Positions 37,333 to 55,835 are shown, counted from the stretch's first letter. The stretch is DNA of 64,000 bases from Eledone cirrhosa (GCA_964016885.1 OZ024741.1:132742001-132806000); one strand, 5' to 3'. The notes: a model not told the origin generated them from the sequence alone. Numbers and translations are program-made.

Positions 37333-38795
37333 AGTACCTTACTTAACTGTGGTCTCTTTCTGTTCCTCCATGGAAAAAAATTTGCTAGCAGGGAAAGCAG
37401 ATGTTAAATGATGATGATGATGGTGGTGGTGGTGGTGGTGGTGGTGTGTGATGTGTGTGTGTGCGTGTGTGTGTGTGTGAATGAAATATAATGTATGCTA
37501 CAACTAAATATTACAATGTCCCTTTGGAGACGGACACACATGATTGATAAAAAAAAAAGAGAGAGAGAGAGGGAAAGAGAGAGCTAAGACAGACAAAATG
37601 TAAACAGAAAACTGGGAAATAAGTATTTGGAATAAAACCCCTAAATAACACATACCCCAAAGGAACAAGATTATGGTCAAAACCACTAAATACACAAAAC
37701 ACAAAGAAATATTAGGTACCATGGAAAATGTTGTTGGGCAAGGGTGAGAGGCCTGCAGTAATACCATACTGTGGCAGAAATGGCAAAACTGGATGTTTCT
37801 ATCAGTATAAGCCTGTAGGTAGAAGAAAGATAAACAGAAGAGGGCACTCACTCATGGTAATCTGAATGACCATGGACTTGTAGGGTTCTTCAATTGTCCC
37901 TGTTCAGAGATTCTCCTGTATCTAGAAGACTGTTTATCATCAACTATGTATACCTCTTTTGTTTTGTTTTTTTTCTCATCCAATTTTTATGTAAACCTCA
38001 ACATCAACACTTTGTAGTGCCCCTCCCCTTTCATTTGGTGCTCTCATGACAAATTAAAAGAGCCATTATAATTACTATTATTATGATGATGATCACAGTA
38101 GAATTAAAACAAAACTAATTTACCTACTTTTAGACAGACATGGCAATATATATTATCCTGATTATTCCTTAATTGACTCTTAATTATTCATTATTATTAA
38201 TAATTAAGATGTCCATTAAGGTAGCTAATTATCTTTATACTTTAGGCTATCTTAGGAGGTTTCTATGTCAAATATTATGTCTAATATTTCACTATATAAA
38301 ATTGTAACATAACATATAGATAATGTTATGTCTAATATTATATCAATAATAAAACTGTAACATATCGACAATGTCGTCAAATATTGTATCAATAATAAAA
38401 CTGTAACATATATATAGACAGTATGATATCTAATATTTCACTATATAAAACTTTAACATAATATATAATGTTGTTGTTGGACCTTTGTAGGTTCCTGTGA
38501 CGATTGTTCTAGTTGTTTGATCAATGGAACAGTCTGCTCATAAAATAAATGTGCAAGCTTCTGAGCATTCCACTAACGCGTACCCTTAATGCAATTCAGC
38601 ATGACAGTGTGTGACAAGGCTGGCTCTACTGTATTAGAGATACAACTTATTTTTGCCAGTTGAGTGGACTGGAGTAACATGAAATAAAGTGTCTTGCTCA
38701 AGGACACAAGGCACCACTGGAAATCAGTCTCATGAACTTGTGGTAGTGAGCCAAGAGGAAGCTTCACATCTTCACATATTATAGGCAATACACAC

Positions 38796-38847
<52 letters not shown>

Positions 38848-40039
38848 ATATATATATACACACACACACACATATATATACACACGTGTGTGTGTATGCA
38901 TCACAACCACACCACACAAAGAAGATGACACAGAATTCAGTTGACTAATGACATACAGAATACTCCCCCTCTCCTACACAAGTGAGATGAAATAAGCATG
39001 GGCAGGATGGTAGTGAAGAAGCAGAAAGGTGGAACGGCATTTAGGTTCTCTGACTCCACAGCCTTAATGGACCCCATTGTCTAAGTTTCCTTCTCAGCCC
39101 CCTCAATTGCACCCTACTGCCTTGACCAACCCAAACCAACATGGAAAGACATTTTTTTTTTTTTTTAACCAGTAAGCTGACTGGAATTTATTCCATGATT
39201 TTCTTTATGGTACTCCTTAAAGTAGCATGTGGCCTAGTGGTAAGTGTATTGGACTTCATTTCATGTTGCTCCAGTATACTCAGCTGAAAATGAGTGCCAG
39301 CAGCAGCTGGGGGTTTGACCCTTTGTGGACTGGCATGCTATCCAAGGAGGAGTCTCGTACTCTCAGTCACTTCACACCATGGAAACCAGGATAAGCACCA
39401 GCCTGATGAACCACTGGGCTCCAGACAAACTTTAGACTTAAACCCCTTAAAGTGATATCTTTAATCTTCTCACAGAAAACTGTGCCACTGAGGTTTCTTT
39501 TTGGGTGTAAGTTGGCAATGATGCTTTTGTGCCATCTTGCAAATACCAGGTGAAACCCCAGTTGTCTCTTTGGTTTACAGCTGCTTGCTTGGCTGCTATT
39601 GCCCACAGAAATCACCTTTTCCAGTGATATCAACATGACCACTCTGGTCATATTTGTAACTGCTTGAAACAACTATCTGTGTGGTGTCCTGATTGAGGTT
39701 TTCTCTTTCTTTTTTTTTTTCTGACAGAATTGCTTCTCAAAAGTTTCGCTCTTGTGACTACTTGCAGCTATGTAAGAGAGTGTTGAATAGGGTAAGTGCT
39801 CAATTCCTCTTCTTTTCAATTATTATGAGGTTGCGAGTTTGGTTCCTGGACTGGATGATGTGTTATGTTCTTGAGTAAGACACTTTATTTCACATTGCTC
39901 TTTCTGCCAGGAGTCGCAACCAGTAGATAGTATCAACAATGGAAAGCCCAATGGAAACATTGTTTCCTTGGTCTAATTTGACAAGTTCCACCCTATTTGG
40001 TAAGCAAATGAGATCTGGGATCTTGTTGATTGTCAGTTT

Positions 40040-40390
40040 ATGAAGCATTAACATCTATTGAAAAAGCTAAATGCGTCGCCCAGAAATTCTCTACTAATTC
40101 TCTTGACTCCTCTGGCTTTCCATATAGAACTGATACACTACTGTGCAATATGTATATCACTCCCTCCATTGTTTCTGATATCATCTCAAATTTTGATCTC
40201 CATAAAACATATGGTCATGTGGTCCTAATGGTATTCTTGCCATAGCCTTGCAGCATTGTTTTCCTGAACTAGCTCCTAAACTTTACAATTCTTACTTTCC
40301 ATCTTGTTGGAAATCCTCTTCTGTTGTTCCAGTTTTCTAAAAACTGTAGAAAACCATCTGATCCTTCTAACTATTGCCCTAGTAGTTGTC
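40040..40390 (+). pseudogene. Highly decayed Jockey/CR1-like LINE fragment (region before RT)
   Basis: EKAKCVAQKFSTNS, ITPSIVS, FPELAP, FPSCWKSSSVVPVF and PSNYCP remnants across frameshifts. Confidence 0.55.
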
Positions 40391-41413
40391 TGTCTTTTTT
40401 TTTGGGGGGGGGGGGGTAATGATGATGATATAAGCACATAAAGGGAACTCTTAAATGTCTCTCTTGATCAAAACTTGACATCAGAAGAACAGCTAGACAG
40501 AGTCAAATCTAAGTAAAATATTATGTAACTTAGGGAAAGCTGGCAAATGCAATAGGATATATATTTAAAGGTTAATTTAATGCAAGGAAAGTTGTTGAAG
40601 TTTTAAAAAATAAACATCACTACCAATGAGATGTGAAAGTATATAACTGCTGTAAAGAAAGTATATAACTGCCCATACAACATAGCCAATGAAAAATCTT
40701 CTATGTTGTCACTCAACCTGCTAGAAATAGCAACCAAACCATATCTAACATCTTAAAATATAGTCATAGATACAAAATACCTAAAAAGAAAGAAAAAGAG
40801 AAAAACCTGAGATTATCAGAGCTTGAATGCTTTTAACCCTAGGCCTGCCTAATCAAGATCGATTTGGTACTAGTTAACAACAACAAAAACAATAACAACA
40901 GCCTAATATAGAAACATATATTTTCATACGTGATATTATTCAACATTAAAAACAAACATTTGATAGCTTAGAATCTGACAGAGTGTAGAAATATTACAGA
41001 TGCTCCACCACAAAATGGAATGTGTTAGGAGGATTAAAACACTGAAATTAGGTGAAGTAGGATATGACATATATGCAAGATTCAATTACAAATAAAACAT
41101 CAAAAAACAAACAAAAAAAAACGAGCATGAATAGAAAAAGAAGACGAAGTCTGAAAAATAAATACAATCCACATGAATAACACCATCATTCAGGAAAATG
41201 CCATTGGGGGGAAGAAAAAAATGATATAGAATTCTTGTAAATTCTCAGAGTGTTATAGTGGAATATTAATGTAAAATTTAGATTTGCAATCATCTAACAG
41301 ACTTTGTTAAAGTTGAAGCAGTAAATAACAACACAGAGTAAATATGAGACAAAATGGCCAATTGAAAAGGTATTGAGATTTTAAATACAAAGATTTTTTA
41401 GAATGTCTTTAAA

Positions 41414-41448
<35 letters not shown>

Positions 41449-41987
41449 TAGAGATTGGTTTATTAGAAAATGATATAGCTCTGCTAAAATAAATGGAATA
41501 TTTAGTAGGAATATTAATGGAACAGTTTCAGGTTAACTGATTTATGGAGGAAGATACTAAAATTGAAGAGAAATATAAGATGAAATATACTGTATTTCGA
41601 TATTTACAGAACAGTACAGAAAAGTTTAGTTGATATATTTTAATATAAAGCTAGGATATGAGAGAGAGAGAAACAGGATTGGAGAGAAAGAAGTTAGAGA
41701 AAAGAAGATGAAAGTGCTAAGTAAAATAGGAGGCGGGAGGCAAGAAAAGTATATGCCTGAAGCCATTAGGTGAATATGTTACAGATCAAATTCATTGAAT
41801 TTGGATTTAAATTCATCTGTAGAAGAATGACTGATATAGAGAATATAGAATGCCAGGCCAGTGAAGGGGACACCATTACTGCATGAAGGAGACACCATTA
41901 TTCCACAAGAGTATGAAAGCTAGACTGCAGCTATGTTAGAAATGCAGCCAAGATGATAAGATGGAGAGGACTCAGTCACAGAGAAAG

Positions 41988-42219
41988 TAACCCTTTTGAC
42001 ACCAACCCACCTGTCTATTTTTAGAATATTCATACTTCTATTAAAACCTTCCAACATAATTTTATTAACCTTCCAACAAGAATTTTTTGTTAAATGATGT
42101 TCAAAACATGAGATGAATAATGAAAAGGTTATATTATTAAATTCCTCCAAATATTTTCAAAATTAATTGAAACACACAGGCAGGGTATTTCATTAGAAAT
42201 ATGGTAACAAAAGAGTTAA
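41988..42219. mobile_element. Second MITE-like family with TAACCCTTT...AAAGRGTTA ends
   Basis: Related copies or fragments at ~348-606, ~7183-7610, ~31370, ~46700 and ~47090-47320 share (T)AACCCTTTCATTACCATATTTC and GATACCAACC ends. Confidence 0.55.
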
Positions 42220-42655
42220 AGCAAGTTTGTCTGAGCACAGTATCATTTGGCAATTGAAAACATAACTTGTTGAAAGTGAGATTGAGAAAGAGAGAGCTGT
42301 AAGTTAGCCTTGAATCTCAAGTAAAGGCAGTAATAAAAGACAGATGGGAATAAGAGAGGTTTGGCAGAGATGAAAAAAAAAGAAAAAAAAAGAGGATTAC
42401 ATTTTCTTTTTTTTTTAATTGATATTGAGTTGTATTGAATGTCTAAAGTATCATTAAGGAAGTTTAGAGAAAATGGAAATGTCTGCAGAAGAAATTGAAT
42501 GTAGGACATTATTAATATTGTATGGCATTGTGTAAGAAGACTATTCCAGTATAGTGAGGTTGTGATTTTGTAGTCCATGGAATATTGAAAAAATTCTTGT
42601 AAACAACTGACTTTTGAAAATAACATTTTGTTTTGCTTGACCTACTAAGCATCTG

Positions 42656-42876
42656 GAAATTTGAAAATATAATCTCAACAATGCAGATGACTATAATAAT
42701 AGTTGATAACTGTAAATAATAGTTGAATAAATCAGGTAAAGTACCTTTGGAGATGGAGGCATCTCTGTCAACTTTTCTGTCATCAGGGGGATTTTACTTG
42801 ATTTATTCAACTATTATTTATAAGATCAACTATTATTATAGTTATCTGTAATGTGGCAACTATATTTTCAAATTTC
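42656..42876. repeat. ~220 bp imperfect inverted repeat (MITE-like)
   Basis: GAAATTTGAAAATATA..ACTATAATAATAGTTGAT..TAAATAATAGTTGAATAAATCA and its reverse complement, ~35 bp spacer. Confidence 0.82.
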
Positions 42877-43239
42877 TTTGAATGACTGCATCACATTAAA
42901 AATCGAAGACTTATATTGCAAATTTTCACATTGACCTATCCATTAATAAAGATATTATAAACATTTGAATTAACAAACAGTTTTGATATATTTTCTGCTA
43001 AATCATTGCAGGATGTTAAGAATTAAGATGGAATTGGTACATTAAAAGATAGTAAAGTTTCTTCTGAGACAACATAGTTAATAGTCAAGTGCTGCTTGTT
43101 TTTGTCACTTGTTTTGCATTTTTCTGGTTAGTAACTAAATAGATTCACAGAACAGCTTATACATAAATATTAGTGGCAATCTCTATGTAAAATATCCATG
43201 TAATTCAAGACTTGCAAATTTATAATTAGCATTCTTAAA

Positions 43240-43830
43240 AAGTGGTAGTGTTGGTACCACAATACAATGCAGTCAGCCCACTCTATAAAATGGTAATACT
43301 GATGCTACAATAAAATACACTCAGTCCACTTTGTAAAGTGGTTTTGCCGGAATCACAATAAAAGGCACCCGGCCCACCTTGTAAAGTGGTTTTGCCAGAA
43401 TCACAATAAAATGCACCTGGCCCACCTTGTAAAGTGGTTTTGCCAGAATCACAATAAAATGCACCCGGCCCACCTTGTAAAGTTGTGTTGGTGTGCCACA
43501 ATAAAATGCACCTAGCACACTTTGTAAAGTGGTTTTACTGGTGCCATAATAAAATGCACCCATCCCATTTTGTAAAGTGGTTGTGTCAGTGCTACAATAA
43601 AATGGACCCAGCCCACTTTGTAAAGTGATAGTGTTGGTGTCACAATAAAATGCACTCAGTAAATTCTGCAAAATGGTTGATGTTAGGAAGAGCATCCCAC
43701 CATAGAAACCATGCCAAACTGGAATGAATGAACAGGATGTGATCATGTGATCTATCTAGTCTCAGAATGTGACAATCTGTCCTATCCATGTTAGAATGTG
43801 ACAATCTGCCACCATGGAACATGGTGGTAG
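43240..43830 (+). repeat. ~9 tandem copies of a 48 bp module followed by an RTE-type 3' end
   Basis: Unit CCCACCTTGTAAAGTGGTTTTGCCAGAATCACAATAAAATGCACCTGG, then TGTTAGGAAGAGCATCC..TAGAAACC as in the RTE 3' UTR. Confidence 0.8.
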
Positions 43831-44183
43831 TGATGGTGATTGGAGAAATTGGATAATTTATAACATATTAAAAACATTTTTGAAATATATTGTGGTCATT
43901 TTTATACCGTATTTGATACTAATATTAAATAGTTGTTTATTTTTGGCACAAGACCAGCAATTTGAAGGGAAGGTGGGAAAGTCGATTAAATTGCCCCCAG
44001 TGCATTACCGGTACTTTATTTTATCACCCCCATAATGATGGAAGGCAAAGTTAACCTCAGCATGTTGTCCAATGCTCTCCCAATACTGCCAATTGACTGA
44101 TATTTCAAAAAAAAAAATATAGGGATTAAAAATTTTATCAGTGAACCATGTTAGAAATTAAAGGAAGAAAAGTCCAAAATATT

Positions 44184-45604
44184 TATTATTTATTATTGCC
44201 CTTCAGGCTATAACAGAGGAGTTCAAGACTGGCTGCCCATGGGAACTCCTATACACAGTTGATCTAATGCTCATAGCTGAATGAATGGCTGAACTAGAGA
44301 AGAAATTCCAAACATGGAAGCATGGTCTAGAATCAAAAGGCCTTAAAGTTAACTTGTCTAAGACTAAGTTCTAGTTTGTAGAAAGGAAAATAGGGCACAG
44401 GTGCCCTCAGGGAAATGGCCATGCTCAGTGTGTAGGAAAGGAGTAGGCAGAAATTCCATTTTATGTCCCAAATGCAAAGTATGGGTACATAAAAGATGTA
44501 GTGAGATCACAGGTAAACTATCTAAGAACGTAGACTTTATATATGGCCAATGCTCAGGTGCAATATAAGTAGCAATTGTCCACAGGATACTAGCTCCTTC
44601 TATTGCCCAGATGGTTCTATAGAAATAGTAGACACTTTCCGTTACCTGGGTGACGAAATCAAGTGGTGGAGGGTGTTCTGAAAGTACAGTAGCCAGAGTC
44701 AGAACGGGATGGAAAAAGTTCAGAGAGCTTACACCGCTGTTGGCCACAAAAGGTTTCTCTCTAAAAATGAAAGGCAGATTGTATAATGCCTGTATACGAA
44801 CAGCAATGCTACATGGCAGTGAGACATGGGCATTACTTGCAGAGGACCTGCGCAGACTGGAAAGGAACGAAGCATGCATGCTCCGTTGGATGTGTAATAG
44901 TAATATACGTGAACGGCAAAGCATAAATGAACTAAGTGAGAAATTAGGAATAAGAGGGATCAGATGCTGTTTACTTGAGAGAAGACTATGTTGGTATGGC
45001 CACGTGATGTGCATGAAAGACGACAGCTGTATAAAAAAGTGGTAGTTACGGAGTAGGTAGACCCAGAAAAACCTGGGACAATCTGATAAATTCCGACCTT
45101 ACACACTTGCACCTCTCTAACACAATGTCACTGGACGGAGATCTTTGGCGCTACACAGTAATACAGAAGACCAGCCTTGCCTATGTACAAAGCAAAACCT
45201 ACAGTCAGTAGGCACCTCTTAACCAAATATACACCCCAATCCACTACCCCTACCCTATCCTCACACTCCCACCAACACCACCCTCTCTCTGTAAAGCTGG
45301 TACCACAACATCCAGTTCAAATAAATGAGATAATGAGATCGAGATCGTGTAGGTGTCACGACAAAAAAAACACAGTCCACGCTGTAATGTGGCCGTGTAG
45401 GTAACACGGTAAAAAGTTCCCAGTTCCACACTGTAAATGTGGTTGGTGTTAGGAAGGGCATCCAGCCGTAGAAAACCTGCCAGATAGTCCTATATGAGTG
45501 AGACACGGTCACCCAACCAATCTTGCCTCAAGTGGGACAACTCCCATCTAACCCATGCTAGCATGGAAGATGTACGTTAAACAATGATGATGATGTTGAT
45601 GATG
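44184..45604 (+). mobile_element. Older degenerate RTE copy (RT core to 3' tail)
   Basis: [25 protein letters not shown] remnant CSVC..CPKC..HKRC, stops and frameshifts, 3' UTR and GAT tail; not flanked by long TA tracts. Confidence 0.9.
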
Positions 45605-45777
45605 AATGAATTAGTTTATGTCTAAATTTGTTAAGCATGCATGTTATCGAAGCAATCATCCAGCTTATAGCTAAAACATGTTGGCTACTAAACTACAGCC
45701 ATCACTCGCAATCGAGTATGATTTGGTAGTATGTACTATGCTTTTGTTCAGGATTTTAAGTGCCCATGCAGTTGTGA

Positions 45778-46050
45778 ATAGACACAGACACCCTCTCGAT
45801 ACTCCCTCCCACCTTTGATCCAATACAAGATCCTGAATGGGACAGTTGGAAAGAGAGAAGGCTGGTACTTTCTTTATCAAATCTGAAGGTATGAAAAGCA
45901 AGGTGGACCTCAGTAGACACAGACACCCTCTTGATCTGCCCTCACTTGATCCAGTAGAATCCTGGATGTGACAGCTGGAAGGAGAGAAGACTACACCACT
46001 ATCGGACTGGTATTTTCTTTACCAACTCTGAAGAGATGAAAACCAAAGTG
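45778..46050. repeat. Two diverged ~135 bp direct repeats
   Basis: TAGACACAGACACCCTCT...GATCCA..ATCCTG..GACAG.TGGAA.GAGAGAAG..TCTGAAG..ATGAAAA.CAA twice. Confidence 0.7.
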
Positions 46051-47811
46051 AACAATGGCAGAATTCAAATTGCAGAATATCTAAGCCATAATTAGACTGT
46101 CAAAAGTACTATTAAGATGATGTTTACAGAAGGTAGGAATCTATCCTTAGATCTCCCCATCCCCTATTAGAGAGTTCAATCCAAGAAAAGAAAAAAAACT
46201 TATCAGTGTACCATCACTAGGTTGTGACTGGTTGTTTACATAAATAATCAGTTTGTGCTGAAGGTCTTATCTCCAGTGACTGACAAACTAAAGTCTAAAG
46301 TATGTTTGAACCTAGAGGCTCATCAGGCTGGTGCTCATGGCTTTAAGCGACAGAGTACAAGACTCCCCCTGGACAAGATGCTAGTCCATTGTAGAGTTAA
46401 ACCCCCAGCTACTGCTGGTACTTATTTTCAGCTGAGTGTAGTGGAACAATGTGAAATTAAGTGTTTTGTTGAAGAACATAACACACAACTCAGTCCAGGA
46501 ATACACTACAGACTTTCAAGATTTGACCAAATAATAAATTCGGCAGAAAGTGATGTGGCAAAGCTTGTACAGGATATGATTGTATTGAAGAGAATTGTTA
46601 GGTTTTGTACTGGTAAGTGTCTGTAATTTTGATCATGCTACACGTAGTAAGAGAAGTTCTTAGCTAAGAATAAAAATTCTATATAGAATTTACTGACTCA
46701 ACTCCTTTTGATATCAAACCACCTGAAACTGCCCATGAATCTATGATACAAAGCTGTTTGGTTTTATATATTTATACTTTAAAGTGTCATAGTTTTGTGT
46801 CCTAGAAACCAAGGCCTATATTTCACCAGATCAGAACAAAGCCAATTTTTTCAAGAGAAATAGAAAGTGGGAAAGATAATCGTGACACATTTTACCTGGG
46901 TTCTAACAACTCCATCAAAATTATTTACAGTTATTTAAAACCAAAAATGAAATGTAGTAAGAGGATAAGGCAAAACATAATATAACTATTTATTGTCTTG
47001 CTCCAGGAGTGTCACTTTGGTTCAGAAGTTACACCCTACTTCAGAGTAATTTTCAAATAATGAGTAAATTACATATTCTGTAAACACTTTAACCCTTTCA
47101 TTACCATATTTATGATGAAATATACTACCAATGATTTTCAATAAATTTTTTAAATAATAAAAAGATTTGGGGAGAATTTAGTAATATAGCTAACTTTCTC
47201 CTTATTAACTTGGTGTTTTCTTTCAAAAATTTATAATGGAAGGCAAAAATTTAAACAGTGAGCACTTTAAAACAAATAGTTTTACATCACAGAATCAAAT
47301 GCAATATCAAAAGAGTTAAAGAGTCTATTTAATCTTCATTCTTTGTTAACAGTTTCAAGTCATCCACAAACAGAAGATGGAGTTTACTTCAAGTTACATC
47401 CTTTTAAATACTTTTAATGCAAATGTCTCAGACTAAATGCCTCAGTATTTTTTCCAGCTCTCTTAAGTCTGAATTCAAATAACCCTGAGGTCAACTTTGC
47501 CTTTCATCCTTTCACTTGGAATTCTCAAGCAATGAAATGAGAGATTCTCAAAGACATTTTTTAATGAAGAAAATCAAGAAACCAGTAAAATGTAACAAGT
47601 GACAACATGTGAAATTGAAAATTCACTGATGTTATTAACTAATATTGTGATATTTACTAATTATTCCATGATGGCATGAGATGTAACAACCTCACTATAT
47701 GATGCTTTTGTGAACTAATTAGTAAACTTTGGTATTGGAAGATAAAAAAAAAAGCAAGAGAAGTAAGTGGGGAAGGAAAAATGATAGAGCTATGTGTATT
47801 TTAGAACTTAC

Positions 47812-48222
47812 CAACTGGTATGGGATTGTTGGAAGAAGAATTAATATCTGTGTTAAGGGTAACGGCAGTATTGTCTGTGGGGAACGAAGGCAGGCAATTA
47901 ATCACATCTCGAGTACCATTATTCGATGACTGAACACCATGGAAATTGTGTATGGTCGCCGTCGAAACAGCAGCCATGCTCTCAGTGGTTTGGGGATAAT
48001 AATAAGAAGAGGAGGAGGTGGAGGAAGAAGAAGAAGAAGCGGTAGGCAAAGGTGAAGTGTGCACCACCTGGGGGCCTATAGCTAGGTGTGAGGAAGGATG
48101 GCTATCTGCAGTGGCTACGTTGTCTCCACACGTGTCGGTGGAGATACAAAGATTAGCCACAGGCAGCTCACAATCACCTGATGATGACGAAGCACCTACT
48201 TCTTCTGTCTCTGTCACTGAAT
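47812..48222 (-). CDS. PHACTR: PHACTR-family gene, internal exon A (411 nt, phase 1-1), Ser/Thr-rich low-complexity region
   Basis: Acceptor ttttgttttcag|AT, donor GTTG|gtaagt. Open frame SVTETEEVGASSSSGDCELP...NNPIPV. Phase joins exon B. Assigned to the gene by phase continuity, not by a conserved domain. Confidence 0.8.
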
Positions 48223-48481
48223 CTGAAAACAAAATGGTAATCTCAGTGTGAAGATGTTCTAATATGTTTCATTGATATTGTAAAGTTGTAGAAATTTGGT
48301 AAATTGGAGCAAAACATGTTTTGTTAATTAATGTAAATTCATGGAAACATAGATTAAATTAATATTATGGATTAAAAACAGATTATACAATTATAAGAAA
48401 TAGATTATAGAAATAAAATTTAAAATTTAAACATAAAAATACAAATATAAAAATTATAAAAATAAAATAAAATGCATTCAG

Positions 48482-48666
48482 AACATTACGATACTTACAC
48501 ACTCATACACACACACGCGTGTGTCTGTGTGTGTGTGCATGGATACACACATACATGTGTTGTTAAAGACATAAACATTACGATACTTACACACTCATAC
48601 ACACACACGCGTGTGTCTGTGTGTGTGTGCATGCATACACACATACATGTGTTGTTAAAGACATAA
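48482..48666. repeat. 92 bp tandem duplication
   Basis: AACATTACGATACTTACACACTC...GTTAAAGACATAA twice, nearly identical. Confidence 0.9.
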
Positions 48667-48904
48667 CTATTTTTCAGTTTCAATAATCCTATTTTTGTTC
48701 AGAATTTGGTACAATAGAGAATACCAAACAAAGGTTGGTGTTCAATCATGGAAGCAATACTTATATTGCAATTTGGTGCCAAGATCAATATCCAGTAAGG
48801 TGCCAATAACATGTACAATATAGTCTGATATCATGAGCATCTAACCTTGTAATGTGCGAGTCTAACAATCAAGTTTAATGTTCAAATTACAGTAGGAAAA
48901 TTAC

Positions 48905-51508
<2,604 letters not shown>

Positions 51509-52661
51509 ATCATCATCATCATCATCATCATCATCAACGTTTAACGTCCCCGTGTTCCACGCTTGCATGGGTTTGGACGGGGGTAGTCCCACTTGAGGCA
51601 AGAGTGATTGTCTTGCTCGCATAGGACTGTCTGGCAGGTTTTCTACAGTTGGATGCCCTTCCTAACACCAACCACATTTACAGTGTGGGTCTGGGAGGTT
51701 TTTACCGTGTTGCCTACACGGCCACATTACAGCGTGGACTGTGTGTTTTTTTGTCGTGACACCTACACGATCTCATTTGTTTCGGCCTCGATGGCGCGGC
51801 ACCAACATAACTTTACATAGAACGGGGTGGTGTGGATGGGGTGGGGGTGGTGGTGGTGGGACGGGGTGTATTTTGTTAGAGATGCCTACTGGCTGGAGTA
51901 GGTTTTACTATATATTTAGGTAAGGCGGGTCTTCTCTGTTACTGAGTACCGCCAAAGGTCTCGGTCCAGTGACATTGTCTTGGAGAGGTGTAAGTGTGTG
52001 ATGTCGGAGTTTATCAGCTCGTCCCAGGTTTTTCTAGGTCTGCCTATTCCGTGACTACCGTCTATCTTTATTGCCCTGCACTTTGTTATACAGCTATCGA
52101 CATTCATGCGCATCACGTGTCCATACCAACGTAGCCTTCTCTCGAGTAAACAACATCTGATCCCTCTTATCTCTAATTTTTTCCTTAGTTCGTTTATGCT
52201 TTGCCGTTCACGTATATTACTGTTACACATCCAGCGGAGCATGCAAGCTTCGTTCCTCTCTAGTCTGCGTATATCCTCTGCACACAATGCCCAGGTCTCA
52301 CTGCCATGCAGCATTGCTGTTCGTATGCAGGCATCGTACAACCTGCCTTTCATTTTTAGGGAGAACCCTTTAGCAGCTAATAGTGGTATAAGCTCTCTGA
52401 ACTTTTTCCAACCAGTTCTGACTCTAGCTACAGTACTTTCAGAGCACCCTCCCCCACTGCTGATTTTATCGCCCAGGTAACGGAAGCTGTCCACTATTTC
52501 TATAGAACCCTCTGCGCAATTGAAAGAGCTAGTATTTTGTGGGCACTTGCTGCTACTTATTGCACCAGAGCACCGGCCACATGTAAAATCTATGTTCTTA
52601 GTTAGCTTACCTGTGATCCCACTACATCTTTTATGCACCCATACTTTGCATTTAGGACATA
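51509..52661 (-). mobile_element. 5'-truncated RTE copy (~1.15 kb)
   Basis: Near-identical to 60088-61224; truncated inside the PHD finger; flanked by TA tracts. Confidence 0.95.
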
Positions 52662-54388
<1,727 letters not shown>

Positions 54389-55065
54389 TGAACGGCAAAG
54401 CATAAACGAACTAAGGAAAAAATTAGAAATAAGAGGGATCAGATGTTGTTTACTCGAGAGAAGGCTACGTTGGTATGGACACGTGATGCGCATGGAAGTC
54501 GATAGCTGTATAACAAAGTGCAGGGCAATAAAGATAGACCTAGAAAAACCTGGGACGAGCTGATAAACTCCGACCTCACACACTTACACCTCTCCAAGAC
54601 AATGTCACTGGACCGAGACATTTGGCGGTACTCAGTAACAGAGAAGACCCGCCTTACCTAAATACATAGTAAAACCTACTACAGCCAGTAGGCATCTCTA
54701 ACAAAATACGCCCCCCCCCCCCCCCCCCCCCCCCGTCCCACCACCCCCAACCCGTCCACACCACCCAGTTCTATGTAAAGTTGTGTTGGTGCCACACCAT
54801 CCAGGCCGAAACAAATGAGATCGTGTAGGTGTCACGACAAAAAAACACACAGTCCACGCTGTAATGTGGCCGTGTAGGCAACACGGTAAAAACCTGCCAG
54901 ACCCACACTGTAAATGTGGTTGGTGTTAGGAAGGGCATCCAACTGTAGAAAACCCGCCAGACAGTCCTATGCGAGCAAGACAATCACTCTTGCCTCAAGT
55001 GGGAATACCCCCGTCCAAACCTATGCAAGCGTGGAACACGGACGTTAAACGTTGATGATGATGAT
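54389..55065 (+). mobile_element. 5'-truncated RTE copy with a 22 bp internal deletion
   Basis: Matches the RTE 3' end; deletion between two AGAC repeats at ~54539; expanded poly-C at 54710-54734; (GAT)n tail into TA tract. Confidence 0.93.
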
Positions 55066-55087
55066 ACATATATATACATATATATAC

Positions 55088-55123
<36 letters not shown>

Positions 55124-55126
55124 TAC

Positions 55127-55184
<58 letters not shown>

Positions 55185-55264
55185 ATATACATATACATAT
55201 ATATATATACATATACATATATATATATACATATATATATACATATACATATATACATATACAT

Positions 55265-55312
<48 letters not shown>

Positions 55313-55330
55313 ATATATACATATACATAT

Positions 55331-55364
<34 letters not shown>

Positions 55365-55424
55365 ATATACATATACATATATATATATACATATATACAT
55401 ATATATATATACATATACATATAC

Positions 55425-55527
<103 letters not shown>

Positions 55528-55624
55528 TATATACATATATATATACATATATGTATATATACATATATATATACATATATATATACATATATATATATAT
55601 ACATATACATATATATATATATAC

Positions 55625-55685
<61 letters not shown>

Positions 55686-55785
55686 CATATATACATATAT
55701 ATATATATATACATATATACATATATATATATATACATATATACATATACATATATATATACATATATATATATATACATATACA

Positions 55786-55835
<50 letters not shown>

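Noticed and set aside
37852-37915. Possible 64 nt exon with a gtgagt donor
   Set aside because: Stops in all three frames, weak acceptor, and only 39 nt from the next acceptor.
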